This document shows, piece after piece, positions 28,619 to 38,302 of a stretch of DNA of 64,000 nucleotides (position 1 is its first letter; each line of letters starts with the position of its first letter). The stretch lies in the IMG/VR virus record IMGVR_UViG_3300036398_005783; one strand, written 5' to 3'. Both the position numbers and the translations under genes were made by a program. The notes under the pieces were generated by a model. That model worked only from the letters and a program-made list of their open reading frames with translations, did no database searches and was not told where the DNA came from. This DNA is from an uncultured virus (IMG/VR IMGVR_UViG_3300036398_005783). Taxonomy: Duplodnaviria; Heunggongvirae; Uroviricota; Caudoviricetes.

Positions 28619-29041
28619 TTAATTTTTAGAGTGCCAGTCCGACTTTGAAACCCAACACACTTCTGTATTCATCATCAACCAACCTCTTGATATTTTACCA
28701 TTTTCATCAAATCTACTCTTTATTTTACAAATTAGATATGAAGAATCTGTAACCCACCCTATCCAAGCTTCATCATAACCTTCAAGTTTAACCTCGTCAC
28801 CTTTTTTAAGTTCTGTACCATTGTGGTATTGGTCGAAACATACACCACCTTCATCTTGTGATGCCATCCCACCTTTCCAATACTCAAACAAGAGTTCTTC
28901 TTCCATTTCCTTTGCTTGTTGAAATATACCCTTTGAATTAAATAGTGTACTTTTACTTTCTATATCTTCAATCAGTTTGTAATAATATAGTGAATTTGAT
29001 ATTTGTCCAAATAACCAATCCACTGCGGTTTGCTTACGCAT
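28619..29041 (-). CDS. MRKQTAVDWL family fusion protein
   Basis: Family N-terminus with an unrelated C-terminus. Confidence 0.7.
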   Translation of the reverse strand: MRKQTAVDWLFGQISNSLYYYKLIEDIESKSTLFNSKGIFQQAKEMEEELLFEYWKGGMASQDEGGVCFDQYHNGTELKKGDEVKLEGYDEAWIGWVTDSSYLICKIKSRFDENGKISRGWLMMNTEVCWVSKSDWHSKN

Positions 29042-29163
29042 AACAAAACTCCAACGGTAACTAAAATAAAAATTGTAATTGTGTATTGACGAAATTTTAT
29101 ATCGTGTATATGGGAGTTAGGTTCAATTAAACAAAATTTATGAGTTAATCAAAAAACCATATA

Positions 29164-29421
29164 TCAGTTAATGCCCCTACAATAATCATAACCAATGTTG
29201 TCTAACTCAACTTTATACAGTGTTCTATCATTGAAGTTTTCTTTTGAAAAACCTTTTATCACATCATTATTTTTGTGTGAAATTGTTTCAATGTCATCTA
29301 TATTGTTTTTGATGTCATTTAGTGTTTTCCCCAACCTACTCCAGTAAATTTGTTTATACAAAAATATACCAGTCCATTGTAGGTTTTTCAAAATAAAATC
29401 TGTTAATTTAGTTCGTTTCAT
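29164..29421 (-). CDS. hypothetical protein
   Basis: ORF with TAAGGA RBS. Confidence 0.65.
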   Translation of the reverse strand: MKRTKLTDFILKNLQWTGIFLYKQIYWSRLGKTLNDIKNNIDDIETISHKNNDVIKGFSKENFNDRTLYKVELDNIGYDYCRGIN

Positions 29422-29551
29422 TTGTTTAATTCCTTAATAGTAGAGAAATGATATTTATTGGTATCTGGTTCTAAACCAGTATTTCTGTGTTTAAAATAAA
29501 ATTTATTCATAACAAAACTCCAACGGTACATAAAACAAATTCACTATGTAA

Positions 29552-29836
29552 TCAATACTCACAAAACCATTCAGTTACGACAAATGATAAGTTTAAGGCT
29601 TCACCTTTTTCATTAGATTCATATTCAACATAAAAACCACCAGTTCCAACGGTTGTTTTTTCCATAATTGCTTCTTTAAGAAGTTTTCTTACAGTATGTT
29701 TCATTTGTTGAATAGATGGAACTCCATTATCTCTCCATTCCAAATTCAAGTGTGTCATAACATCATGGACTTTATCGAAATCAAACCAGTCCATAATTTC
29801 ATCTATCGCTTCTTGTTGCTTTTCTGTTATACTCAT
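29552..29836 (-). CDS. hypothetical phage protein
   Basis: IMDWFDFDKVH.VM..L..W...VP...TGGF pattern. Confidence 0.7.
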   Translation of the reverse strand: MSITEKQQEAIDEIMDWFDFDKVHDVMTHLNLEWRDNGVPSIQQMKHTVRKLLKEAIMEKTTVGTGGFYVEYESNEKGEALNLSFVVTEWFCEY

Positions 29837-29837
29837 A

Positions 29838-30029
29838 TTATTTACCCACTATTCCAAATTTAGAAAGGATATATTGTAGTTTAGATAGTCCAGTCAATAA
29901 GTCTTCTTGTTTGGGAATTTCTTTATCCCACATATTAACACCTTCAACTATTACTGACTCAGCATCAGCACAATCAAAACAAACACCAACTCTCAATTCT
30001 TTTTCTCGGTTACAACATTTGCATTTCAT
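29838..30029 (-). CDS. small Zn-finger-like protein
   Basis: CxCC...CFDC; AAGGAG RBS. Confidence 0.65.
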   Translation of the reverse strand: MKCKCCNREKELRVGVCFDCADAESVIVEGVNMWDKEIPKQEDLLTGLSKLQYILSKFGIVGK

Positions 30030-30116
30030 AGTTTAACTCCTTTGTTTCATATAATTATATCCAATTATGACTTTTGAATAAATAACTACAATTAGTTTTT
30101 AAAGATAATATATCTG

Positions 30117-30232
30117 TAGTCAGGAACAGGATTTGAACCTGTATTTGTGGAACACCACTTCCAATGTCCGAGTCGAACGGAACCAATCACCCACACTAGT
30201 GGGTAGCGTCTAACCAATTCCGCCACCTGACT
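30117..30232 (-). ncRNA. tRNA-like element 6 (116 nt)
   Basis: Same scaffold; insert homologous to element 2 with a compensatory pair change; upstream flank homologous to element 4. Confidence 0.78.
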
Positions 30233-30609
30233 TCCAAGCATTTTTTATCTATGTAGTGGTTCGCTTTCCACTTATTATCTATTGTAAATATACTTATACT
30301 ATTTTGATTTTCCAAACTAATTTTTTTAGTATTAACAATCCATTCTATAATGGGATTGAAACTTTTAGCGTTTCAATAATTTCCATTAAAATCAAATCAA
30401 CATACACATAAGTGAACTATCAATTTGCTAAACAAAAATAGGATTTTTTAGTTTTGAAAAGAGTGCAAATACTTAATAAATATACTATTTAGTTCTATTC
30501 AAATATACAATAATATTTTATATTATCAAAAATTATTTTATTACGAGTTTCAAATTTCAGTATTTGTAAAACGATATATAACTAAAATGTAATTAATGGA
30601 AAGAATCTA

Positions 30610-31806
30610 ATGAAATACATTAAACTTTTTGAGAATTTTGATGCTGAAAGAGAGATGTCAGGTATACTTGGCTATGATGTTAAACTATTTCATCAAGTTA
30701 ATAAACTTATATTTTTAAGTCCTGAACAACTTCAAGAGTGGTTTGAAGAAGAAATAGAAAAGGATGAACCTAATTTGGATTTGATTAAAATTCTTGAAAC
30801 TCAGCACGGTATAGAATTTGATTTGGGATATAAGGACTTACATTGGGCGGCATGGGATAATAAAGTAGGATTAGTGAAATATTGGCTTAATAAGGGAGTA
30901 GATAAGGATGCTCAAGGTAATAATTTAAGAACTCCTTTGCATCAGGCGGCAATCAATGATAACGAAGCAGTTGCTAAACTCCTTATAGATGCTGGGGCAA
31001 ATAAGGATGCTCAAGATGGATTTTTACAAACTCCTTTACATTGGGCAGCACAGTATGATAAAAGAGCAGTTGCTAAACTCCTTATAGATGCTGGGGCAAG
31101 AACGGATATTAGGGATATGAGTGGGGAAACGGCTTTAGATTTAGCAAAGAAGAAAGGAGAGGTTATTTCTATGCTTTTTGAGGATAGGATTATTGATAGA
31201 ATGGGAGCTAAATACTCAACCTTTGAAATTGGTAAAATACAAAACAGACCATTTCTCAATAAAAATCAGATAGAGAGTTTATTGAAAACTACACTTAAAA
31301 CTAAATGTATTATTGGAATACGAGGATTTTATTTATCAAAGGGTAAAACGCCATTAAAGAATTTTTATTCTAAGAATGATAGGGGAATATACGATGATGC
31401 TATATTTATTTATGATGGTGTGAATATAGTAGGATTTAATGCAAATACTGATCCAGGTATGAGTGGTTTTAATCCTGATTTAAATACACAAAAGGGGTAT
31501 GCTACCTTATCAACTGGAACTTGGAAATACAAGATTGGATTACATAAAGGATATGAGGCATTAGTTCAGCAAGATGATGTTAAGGTCTATAGGGATTCTT
31601 ATGATGATGTTCCAAGTATGACTGAAACTGGAATGTTTGGTATAAATATTCACAGGGGTGGAGATACAACAGTATCATCAAAGGGTTGTCAGACTATACG
31701 ACCTGATCAATATGATGAATTTATGTCAAAGGTTAAATCTCTTTGGTCTGGTAATGAAATTGTTACTTATATGCTGATTGAAAATAAAGGTAATTCTTTA
31801 GCATAA
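30610..31806 (+). CDS. tagged ankyrin module fused to a putative L,D-transpeptidase-fold (His/Cys) cell-wall hydrolase
   Basis: MKYIKLFENF tag, TPLH repeats, C-terminal GIRG...TDPG...GINIHRG...SKGCQ. Confidence 0.7.
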   Translation: MKYIKLFENFDAEREMSGILGYDVKLFHQVNKLIFLSPEQLQEWFEEEIEKDEPNLDLIKILETQHGIEFDLGYKDLHWAAWDNKVGLVKYWLNKGVDKDAQGNNLRTPLHQAAINDNEAVAKLLIDAGANKDAQDGFLQTPLHWAAQYDKRAVAKLLIDAGARTDIRDMSGETALDLAKKKGEVISMLFEDRIIDRMGAKYSTFEIGKIQNRPFLNKNQIESLLKTTLKTKCIIGIRGFYLSKGKTPLKNFYSKNDRGIYDDAIFIYDGVNIVGFNANTDPGMSGFNPDLNTQKGYATLSTGTWKYKIGLHKGYEALVQQDDVKVYRDSYDDVPSMTETGMFGINIHRGGDTTVSSKGCQTIRPDQYDEFMSKVKSLWSGNEIVTYMLIENKGNSLA

Positions 31807-31820
31807 TGTAATAAAGGCAT

Positions 31821-32270
31821 TTAACTATTAGATCCATTTAGCATGGCAATTTCTTCTTGTAATTCATTAAGTTCAGATTCTAAATCTTCAATAATTTCTT
31901 GAGTAATTTCTTTATCATTAATTAAATCAAGCAATTCTGCATTAAGTTCAGCATATTTCTCATTATCTTTTATATCTATACTATAAGCATAATCACGAAG
32001 ACCATTTTTATATTCAGTAGGATTTTCCATTTCCATATATTCTGAATTACTATATGTTATATCATCAATGACAACATCTCCTTCTTCGTCCAAATGTTCT
32101 CGGTATTCTTCTTCATAATCATAGATATTGATTTCAAAATTTTCAATCTCATTTCTTTTTTCATCAATTTCATTTTGTGCCATATGAAGATGTGATGAGA
32201 GAAATGTTATATTATTTCTTATTTCATCAATGTCGTTTTGCAAATTTGAGATTTTCATTTCTTTATTCAT
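31821..32270 (-). CDS. very acidic coiled-coil protein
   Basis: Paralog of 4846-5289. Confidence 0.75.
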   Translation of the reverse strand: MNKEMKISNLQNDIDEIRNNITFLSSHLHMAQNEIDEKRNEIENFEINIYDYEEEYREHLDEEGDVVIDDITYSNSEYMEMENPTEYKNGLRDYAYSIDIKDNEKYAELNAELLDLINDKEITQEIIEDLESELNELQEEIAMLNGSNS

Positions 32271-32523
32271 TGTTTAACTCTTTATATTATTACCTGATTT
32301 TATATATTCTACATATGATTAAAATCTGAAGTTTTACACTTCTTTTATGTTTTTCACATCATATATTAAATATATCACTTACAAAGATAATAAAAATTGT
32401 GAAATATTCAAAATATATTCTTTTTTTATTTTATAGATTTATTTCATTCTCTCATTTGAGTTTTAATCTAAATAATAGATATATAGAAATTATCTACAAA
32501 ATAGAGCAAACTATCTGCATTTT

Positions 32524-35500
32524 ATGAAATATATTAAACTTTTTGAAAACTTTGATGCTGAACGGGAGATGTCAGGTATACTTGGTTATGATGTTAAACT
32601 ATTTAATCAAGTGAATAAACTTATATTTTTAAGTCCTGAACAACTTCAAGAATGGTTTGAAGATGAAATGGGTAAAGAAGAACCTAATTGGGATTTGATT
32701 GAAGTTCTTCAATCTCAGCATGGTATAGAGTTTGATTATAAGAATTTACATTGGGCAGCTGAACATAATAATATAGGATTAGCGAAATACTGGATTGATA
32801 AGGGAGCAGATAAAGATGCTCAATCTAAAATTTTATTATGGACTCCTTTGCATTATGCGGCAATTTATGATAGCAAAGCAGTTGCTAAACTTCTTATAGA
32901 TGCTAGAGCGGATAAGGATGCTCAAACTGAGAATTTAAACACTCCATTGCATTATGCGGCACTTAATGATAGCGAAGCAGTTGCTAAACTTCTTATAGAT
33001 GCTGGAGCGGATAAGGAAGCGATAAATAAGTATTTACGCACTCCTTTGCATTATGCGGCAATTAAAAATAGTGAAGCAGTTGCTAAACTTCTTATAGATG
33101 CTGGGGCGGATAAGGATGCAAGAGATAAGGTTTTACAAACTCCTTTGCATTTGGCGACAGAAGAAAATAGCGAAGCAGTTGCTAAACTCCTTTTAGATGC
33201 TGGAGCGGATAGAGGGGCTAAAAATACGCATAACCTAACTCCTTGGGGTTTAGCAAGTTCTGAAATTCGTCAATCTTTACCTGAATTGAATCCTGATGTT
33301 AAGCAATTTGAAAGTGAAACCTTTGATGCTGAACGGGAGATGTCAGGTATACTTGGTTATGATGTTAAACTTTTTCATCAAGTAAATAAACTTATATTTT
33401 TAAGCCCTAAAGAACTCCAGCAATGGTTTGAAGAAGAAATAGATAAAGAGCAGCCTAATTGGGATTTGATTAAAATTCTTGAATCTCAGCATGGTATAGA
33501 GTTTGATTATAAGGACTTACATTGGACAGCTCAAAATGATTCAGTAGGATTAGCAAAATACTGGATTGATAAGGGAGTGGATATGGATGCTAAAGATAAG
33601 TATTACTGGACACCATTATCTATAGCGGCAAGAGAAAATAGCGAAGAAGTTGCTAAACTCCTCATAGATGCTGGGGCAGATAAAGAAGCTAAAGATGAGG
33701 ATTTACGAACCCCTTTGCATTATGCGGCAAGTAAAAATAGCGAAGCAGTTGCTAAACTTCTTATAGATGCTGGGGCGGATAAGGAAGCTAAAAATAGGGA
33801 TTTACACACTCCTTTGCATTTTGCGGCGATTTATGATAGCGAAGCAGTTGCTAAACATCTTATAGATGCTGGAGTGGATAAAGAAGCGAGAAATAAGTAT
33901 TTAAGCACTCCTTTGCATTTGGCGGCAAATTATGATAGAATATCAGTTGCTAAACTCCTCTTGGATGCTGGATTGGATAGAGGGGCTAAAAATGAGCATA
34001 ACCTAACTCCTTGGGATTTAGCAAGTTCTGAAATTCGTCAATCTTTACCTGAGCTGAATCCTGATTTTAAGCAATTTGAAAGCGAAAACTTCAATGCTGA
34101 ACAGGAGATGTCAGATATACTTGGTTATGATGTTAAACTTTTTAATCAAGTTAGCAAGTTATTGTTTTTAAGCCCTGAAGAACTTCAAAAGTGGTTTGAA
34201 GAAGAAATGGGTAAGGAACAACCTAATTGGAATTTGATTGAAGTACTTGAATCTCAGCATGGTATAGAGTTTGATTATAAGGACTTACATTGGGCAGCTA
34301 AAAATGATTCAGTAGGATTAGCAAAATACTGGATTGATAAGGGAGTGGATATGGATGCTCAAGCTAAATCTTTATGGACTCCTTTGCATGTGGCGGTATA
34401 TTGGAATAGCGAAGCAGTTGCTAAACTTCTCTTAGATGCTGGGGCGGATATGGATGCAAGAGATAAGGATTTACGAACACCTTTGCATTGGGCGGCATGG
34501 AATGAAAGCGAAGCAATTACTAAACTTCTTATAGATGCTGGAGCGGATAAGGGGGCTAAAGATGATGATGGTGCTATACCATGGAATTTTGCAGGTTCTA
34601 GACTTCGCCAATCGTTACCTGAACTGAATCCTGATGCTAAACAATTTGAAAGTGAAAACTTCAATGCTGAACGAGAGATGTCTGATTTTCTTGGCTATGA
34701 TGTTAAACTCTTTAATCAAGTAAATAAACTTCTCTTTTTAAATCCTGAAGAACTTCAAGAGTGGTTTTACAATGAAATCGGTAAAGAAGAACCCCGTTGG
34801 GATTTGATTAAAATTCTTGAAACTCAGCATGGTATAAAGTTTGATTATAAGAATTTACATTGGGCAGCTGAACAGAATAAAGTAGGATTAGCGAAATATT
34901 TGCTTTATAAGGGAGCGGATAAAAATGCTCAAGAAATAAATTTAAATACTCCTTTACATGAAGCTGCAAAATATGATAGCGAAGCAGTCGCTAAACTTCT
35001 TATAGATGCTGGGGCGAATAAGGAAGCTAAAAATTCATTGTCACGAACTCCTTTGCATTGGGCGGCAATTAATGGTAGCGAAGCAGTTGCTAAACTTCTT
35101 ATAGATGCTGGAGCGGATAAGGGGGCTAAAGATGAACTTGGTGCTATACCATGGGATTATGCACGTTCTGGACTTCGCCAATCTTTACCTGAATTGAATC
35201 CTGATGCTAAACAATTTGAAAGTGAAAACTTTGATGCTGAACAGGAGATGTCAGGTATACTTGGCTATGATGTTAAACTCTTTCATAAAGTAAATAACTT
35301 ATTGTTTTTAAGTCCTGAAGAACTTCAGCAATGGTTTTACAATGAAATGGGTAAAGAAGAACCCCGTTGGGATTTAATCAAAGCACTTCAATCTCAACAT
35401 AGTATAAAGTTTGATTACAAGGACTTACATTGGGCGGCTGAGTATAGTAATATAGGATTAGCAAAATACTGGCTTGATAGAGGAATAGATAAGGATGCAA

Positions 35501-36555
35501 GAAATAGGTATTTGAGCACTCCTTTGCATTTTGCAGCAAGTAATAATAGCGAAGCAGTTGCTAAACTTCTGATTGATGCTGGGGCGGATAAGAATGCTAA
35601 AGATGATGATTTATATACCCCTTTACATTGGGCTGCATCATATGGTAATAATAGCGAAGCAGTTGCTAAACTTCTGATTGATGCTGGGGCGGATAAGAAT
35701 GCTCAAAATAAGTATTTACGCACTCCATTGCATTATGCGGCAAGGGATAATAGAGAATCAGTTGCTAAACTTCTGATTGATGCTGGGGCAGATAAAGAAA
35801 TTAAAGATGAGTTTAGACTAACTCCATGGGATTATGCTACTGATGAACTTCGCCAATCTTTACCTGAATTGAATCCTGATGCTAAACAATTTGAAAGTGA
35901 AAACTTTGATGCTGAACAGGAGATGTCGGGTATACTTGGCTATGATGTTAAACTATTTCATCAAGTAAATAAACTTCTCTTTTTAAGCCCTGAAGAACTT
36001 CAGAAATGGTTTTATAAGGAAATGGAAAAGGAAGAACCTCGTTGGGATTTGATTAAAATTCTTCAATCTCAATATGGTATAGAGTTTGATTATAAGGACT
36101 TACATTGGGCGATATGGAATAATAAGGTAGGATTGGCGAAATATTGGCTTGACAAGGGAGCAGACAAGGATGCAAGAAATAGGTATTTACGCACTCCTCT
36201 GCACATAGCATCAATTAGAAATAGAGAAGCAATCGCTAAACTTCTTATAGATGCTGGAGCAGATAAAGAGGCAAGAGAGGAGTGGTTACTCACTCCATTA
36301 CATTTGGCGGCAATAAATAATAGAAAAGCAATTGCTAAACTTCTCATAGATGCTGGGGCGGATAAGGAAGCAAGGGATAAATATTTATTAACTCCATTGC
36401 ATTATTCGGCAAGGAGTAATAGCAAAGCAGTTGCTAAAATTCTTATAGATGCTGGGGCGGATAAGGGGTCTAAAGATAATGAAGATCAAACTCCGTGGAA
36501 TTTAGCAAGTTCTGAACTTCGCCAATCTTTACCTGAATTAAAACCAAATAAATGA
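32524..36555 (+). CDS. six-module ankyrin repeat polyprotein
   Basis: Module = F(D/N)AE(R/Q)EMS..LGYDVKLF... head, ankyrin repeats, RQSLPELNP; five internal KQFESE junctions. Confidence 0.93.
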   Translation: MKYIKLFENFDAEREMSGILGYDVKLFNQVNKLIFLSPEQLQEWFEDEMGKEEPNWDLIEVLQSQHGIEFDYKNLHWAAEHNNIGLAKYWIDKGADKDAQSKILLWTPLHYAAIYDSKAVAKLLIDARADKDAQTENLNTPLHYAALNDSEAVAKLLIDAGADKEAINKYLRTPLHYAAIKNSEAVAKLLIDAGADKDARDKVLQTPLHLATEENSEAVAKLLLDAGADRGAKNTHNLTPWGLASSEIRQSLPELNPDVKQFESETFDAEREMSGILGYDVKLFHQVNKLIFLSPKELQQWFEEEIDKEQPNWDLIKILESQHGIEFDYKDLHWTAQNDSVGLAKYWIDKGVDMDAKDKYYWTPLSIAARENSEEVAKLLIDAGADKEAKDEDLRTPLHYAASKNSEAVAKLLIDAGADKEAKNRDLHTPLHFAAIYDSEAVAKHLIDAGVDKEARNKYLSTPLHLAANYDRISVAKLLLDAGLDRGAKNEHNLTPWDLASSEIRQSLPELNPDFKQFESENFNAEQEMSDILGYDVKLFNQVSKLLFLSPEELQKWFEEEMGKEQPNWNLIEVLESQHGIEFDYKDLHWAAKNDSVGLAKYWIDKGVDMDAQAKSLWTPLHVAVYWNSEAVAKLLLDAGADMDARDKDLRTPLHWAAWNESEAITKLLIDAGADKGAKDDDGAIPWNFAGSRLRQSLPELNPDAKQFESENFNAEREMSDFLGYDVKLFNQVNKLLFLNPEELQEWFYNEIGKEEPRWDLIKILETQHGIKFDYKNLHWAAEQNKVGLAKYLLYKGADKNAQEINLNTPLHEAAKYDSEAVAKLLIDAGANKEAKNSLSRTPLHWAAINGSEAVAKLLIDAGADKGAKDELGAIPWDYARSGLRQSLPELNPDAKQFESENFDAEQEMSGILGYDVKLFHKVNNLLFLSPEELQQWFYNEMGKEEPRWDLIKALQSQHSIKFDYKDLHWAAEYSNIGLAKYWLDRGIDKDARNRYLSTPLHFAASNNSEAVAKLLIDAGADKNAKDDDLYTPLHWAASYGNNSEAVAKLLIDAGADKNAQNKYLRTPLHYAARDNRESVAKLLIDAGADKEIKDEFRLTPWDYATDELRQSLPELNPDAKQFESENFDAEQEMSGILGYDVKLFHQVNKLLFLSPEELQKWFYKEMEKEEPRWDLIKILQSQYGIEFDYKDLHWAIWNNKVGLAKYWLDKGADKDARNRYLRTPLHIASIRNREAIAKLLIDAGADKEAREEWLLTPLHLAAINNRKAIAKLLIDAGADKEARDKYLLTPLHYSARSNSKAVAKILIDAGADKGSKDNEDQTPWNLASSELRQSLPELKPNK

Positions 36556-36603
36556 TAATATATTTTCATAAAAAAAGACTACCTCAATCTACTAATCAGT
36601 AGA

Positions 36604-36900
36604 TTATAAGGCATTATTTTTGAACTTTTGATTTCTTTGCAAATCAAAATCCTGAATCCATCTTTTATATTCTTTTAGTTTTACATTAGAATAGATTTGT
36701 TTTAATCGTTTCATAAATTCTATTTTAGAATTATTCTGTTTTGCTATTTTAGTTGTTTTATACCATTCTTTTGTTCCCGCTCCGTGACCATGTACGGAAT
36801 CAAAGCATAATATAGTATTTGTATTTGACCAAGCCAATGTAGGAAATACTGCTGATAATCCATATTGGTCTTCTACGATAATGACTGGTAATTGTTTCAT
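36604..36900 (-). CDS. hypothetical protein
   Basis: ORF. Confidence 0.65.
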   Translation of the reverse strand: MKQLPVIIVEDQYGLSAVFPTLAWSNTNTILCFDSVHGHGAGTKEWYKTTKIAKQNNSKIEFMKRLKQIYSNVKLKEYKRWIQDFDLQRNQKFKNNAL

Positions 36901-37133
36901 AGTTTTATTCTTTCAAAATGATTTAATATAATTATATGTTTAAGGTGAACACTCGCAATAGTTTTTATCTATGAAATCTACACGAATTATTTTCATTAGA
37001 TTTGATACATTTCTTTCATATAAACATTGTAGTTTTGATATACTCTTTGAATGATATATCATTCATAATATACCATTTTATTTGTTTTTGAATGATTACT
37101 CATACAAAGATGATAATAATCTGATGGCTTTTA

Positions 37134-37760
37134 TTATTTATTAATTTCACTAAATTCTTTTTCTGTTAATGGCCTTCTCAACTCATTAACGAGTAAAATC
37201 ATAAAGTTATCATTCTTGGAATTCAAAAAGATTTCATCACCTTTGATTGTTATAGATTCAAATCCATCTCTTGAAATTATAAAGTTTCTAAACTTTCCTT
37301 TTGTATTTTTCAAAAATTGCGATGCTACTTCATCATCCATTTTAAATAATTTAGCAATATTACTTTTTTCATTTACATACAAAATTTTATAATCTATATG
37401 CATTATTTTTGGAATTTGAACACCAAGACTTTGTTTGATTTCTTCAAATTTTTTAAAATACTCTGGGAATAATTCAGATGCTCTTGTATTATTGTAGAAC
37501 TCACTATAATTTTTCCTGATATATTCATCAATATCTTTTGATTTTTTTTCGCTTTCACTTTCTTCAAGATATTCAATTTCAGGATTTACACGAATTGTTC
37601 TGAAACTCACAGCAGTAGATTTATGCTCTACGAAACTTACATTAACTGGTTTTTTGATGCTTATAAGTTGCTCAATGAGTTTATCTATTGATAGTAGAGA
37701 GATTGGTATAGTAAATTCTTCCCCACTATTAATAATGGATTCAACATTTGGTGTATTCAT
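37134..37760 (-). CDS. hypothetical protein
   Basis: Own promoter; similar to 38650-39339 (VSFRT.., RPLT..E). Confidence 0.75.
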   Translation of the reverse strand: MNTPNVESIINSGEEFTIPISLLSIDKLIEQLISIKKPVNVSFVEHKSTAVSFRTIRVNPEIEYLEESESEKKSKDIDEYIRKNYSEFYNNTRASELFPEYFKKFEEIKQSLGVQIPKIMHIDYKILYVNEKSNIAKLFKMDDEVASQFLKNTKGKFRNFIISRDGFESITIKGDEIFLNSKNDNFMILLVNELRRPLTEKEFSEINK

Positions 37761-37824
37761 ACAATTACCTCATATAATAAATAGATTTAATACAAACATA
37801 ATAAATTTTTACTAAATAAAAAAA

Positions 37825-38277
37825 TTATTTCTTTTTAAGGATATAATATCCATAAACACAGCGATTTCCATTTCTTGAGCAATCGTAAGTATCGTGTAAT
37901 ACACCATCAATAACAGCAGTATAATGTTTGCTGACACTTACAACAAGATTTCCTTTTGGAAGTTCATCTGCATTCAAGTGAGTTTTACATCCAACTCCAA
38001 CTTTCATTGTTGGAATCCATTCAAACCCAAGTTCTTTCATATAATCTTGAAACCATTTTCTTTTTACACTTATACCTTTGGAAGCAGTTTTTTTTCCAGC
38101 TTTACTACTTGATTCATGCTTACCTTTTCTTTGAGAAGCATTCCCACTTGCCAAACGATCATAAACTTCTTGATAAGGTTTTCCAGTTGCTATGCAAATT
38201 GCTCTGCATACACAATCTCCTGTTTTACCTTTATACCCTGTTTCTTTTCTACCACCATCATTCTGTTCAAATTTCAT
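37825..38277 (-). CDS. phage protein with putative Cys-His-Asp (papain-like) triad
   Basis: GDCVCRAI...YQEVY...HYTAVIDG...DTYD. Confidence 0.6.
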   Translation of the reverse strand: MKFEQNDGGRKETGYKGKTGDCVCRAICIATGKPYQEVYDRLASGNASQRKGKHESSSKAGKKTASKGISVKRKWFQDYMKELGFEWIPTMKVGVGCKTHLNADELPKGNLVVSVSKHYTAVIDGVLHDTYDCSRNGNRCVYGYYILKKK

Positions 38278-38302
38278 AAGACCTCCTGAATGAAATTACT
38301 CT

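Noticed and set aside
16894..30232. tRNA-like elements as tmRNA, ordinary tRNAs or group I intron-containing tRNAs
   Set aside because: No G3-U70 Ala acceptor or tag ORF, no 7-nt anticodon loop, and inserts too short for group I introns
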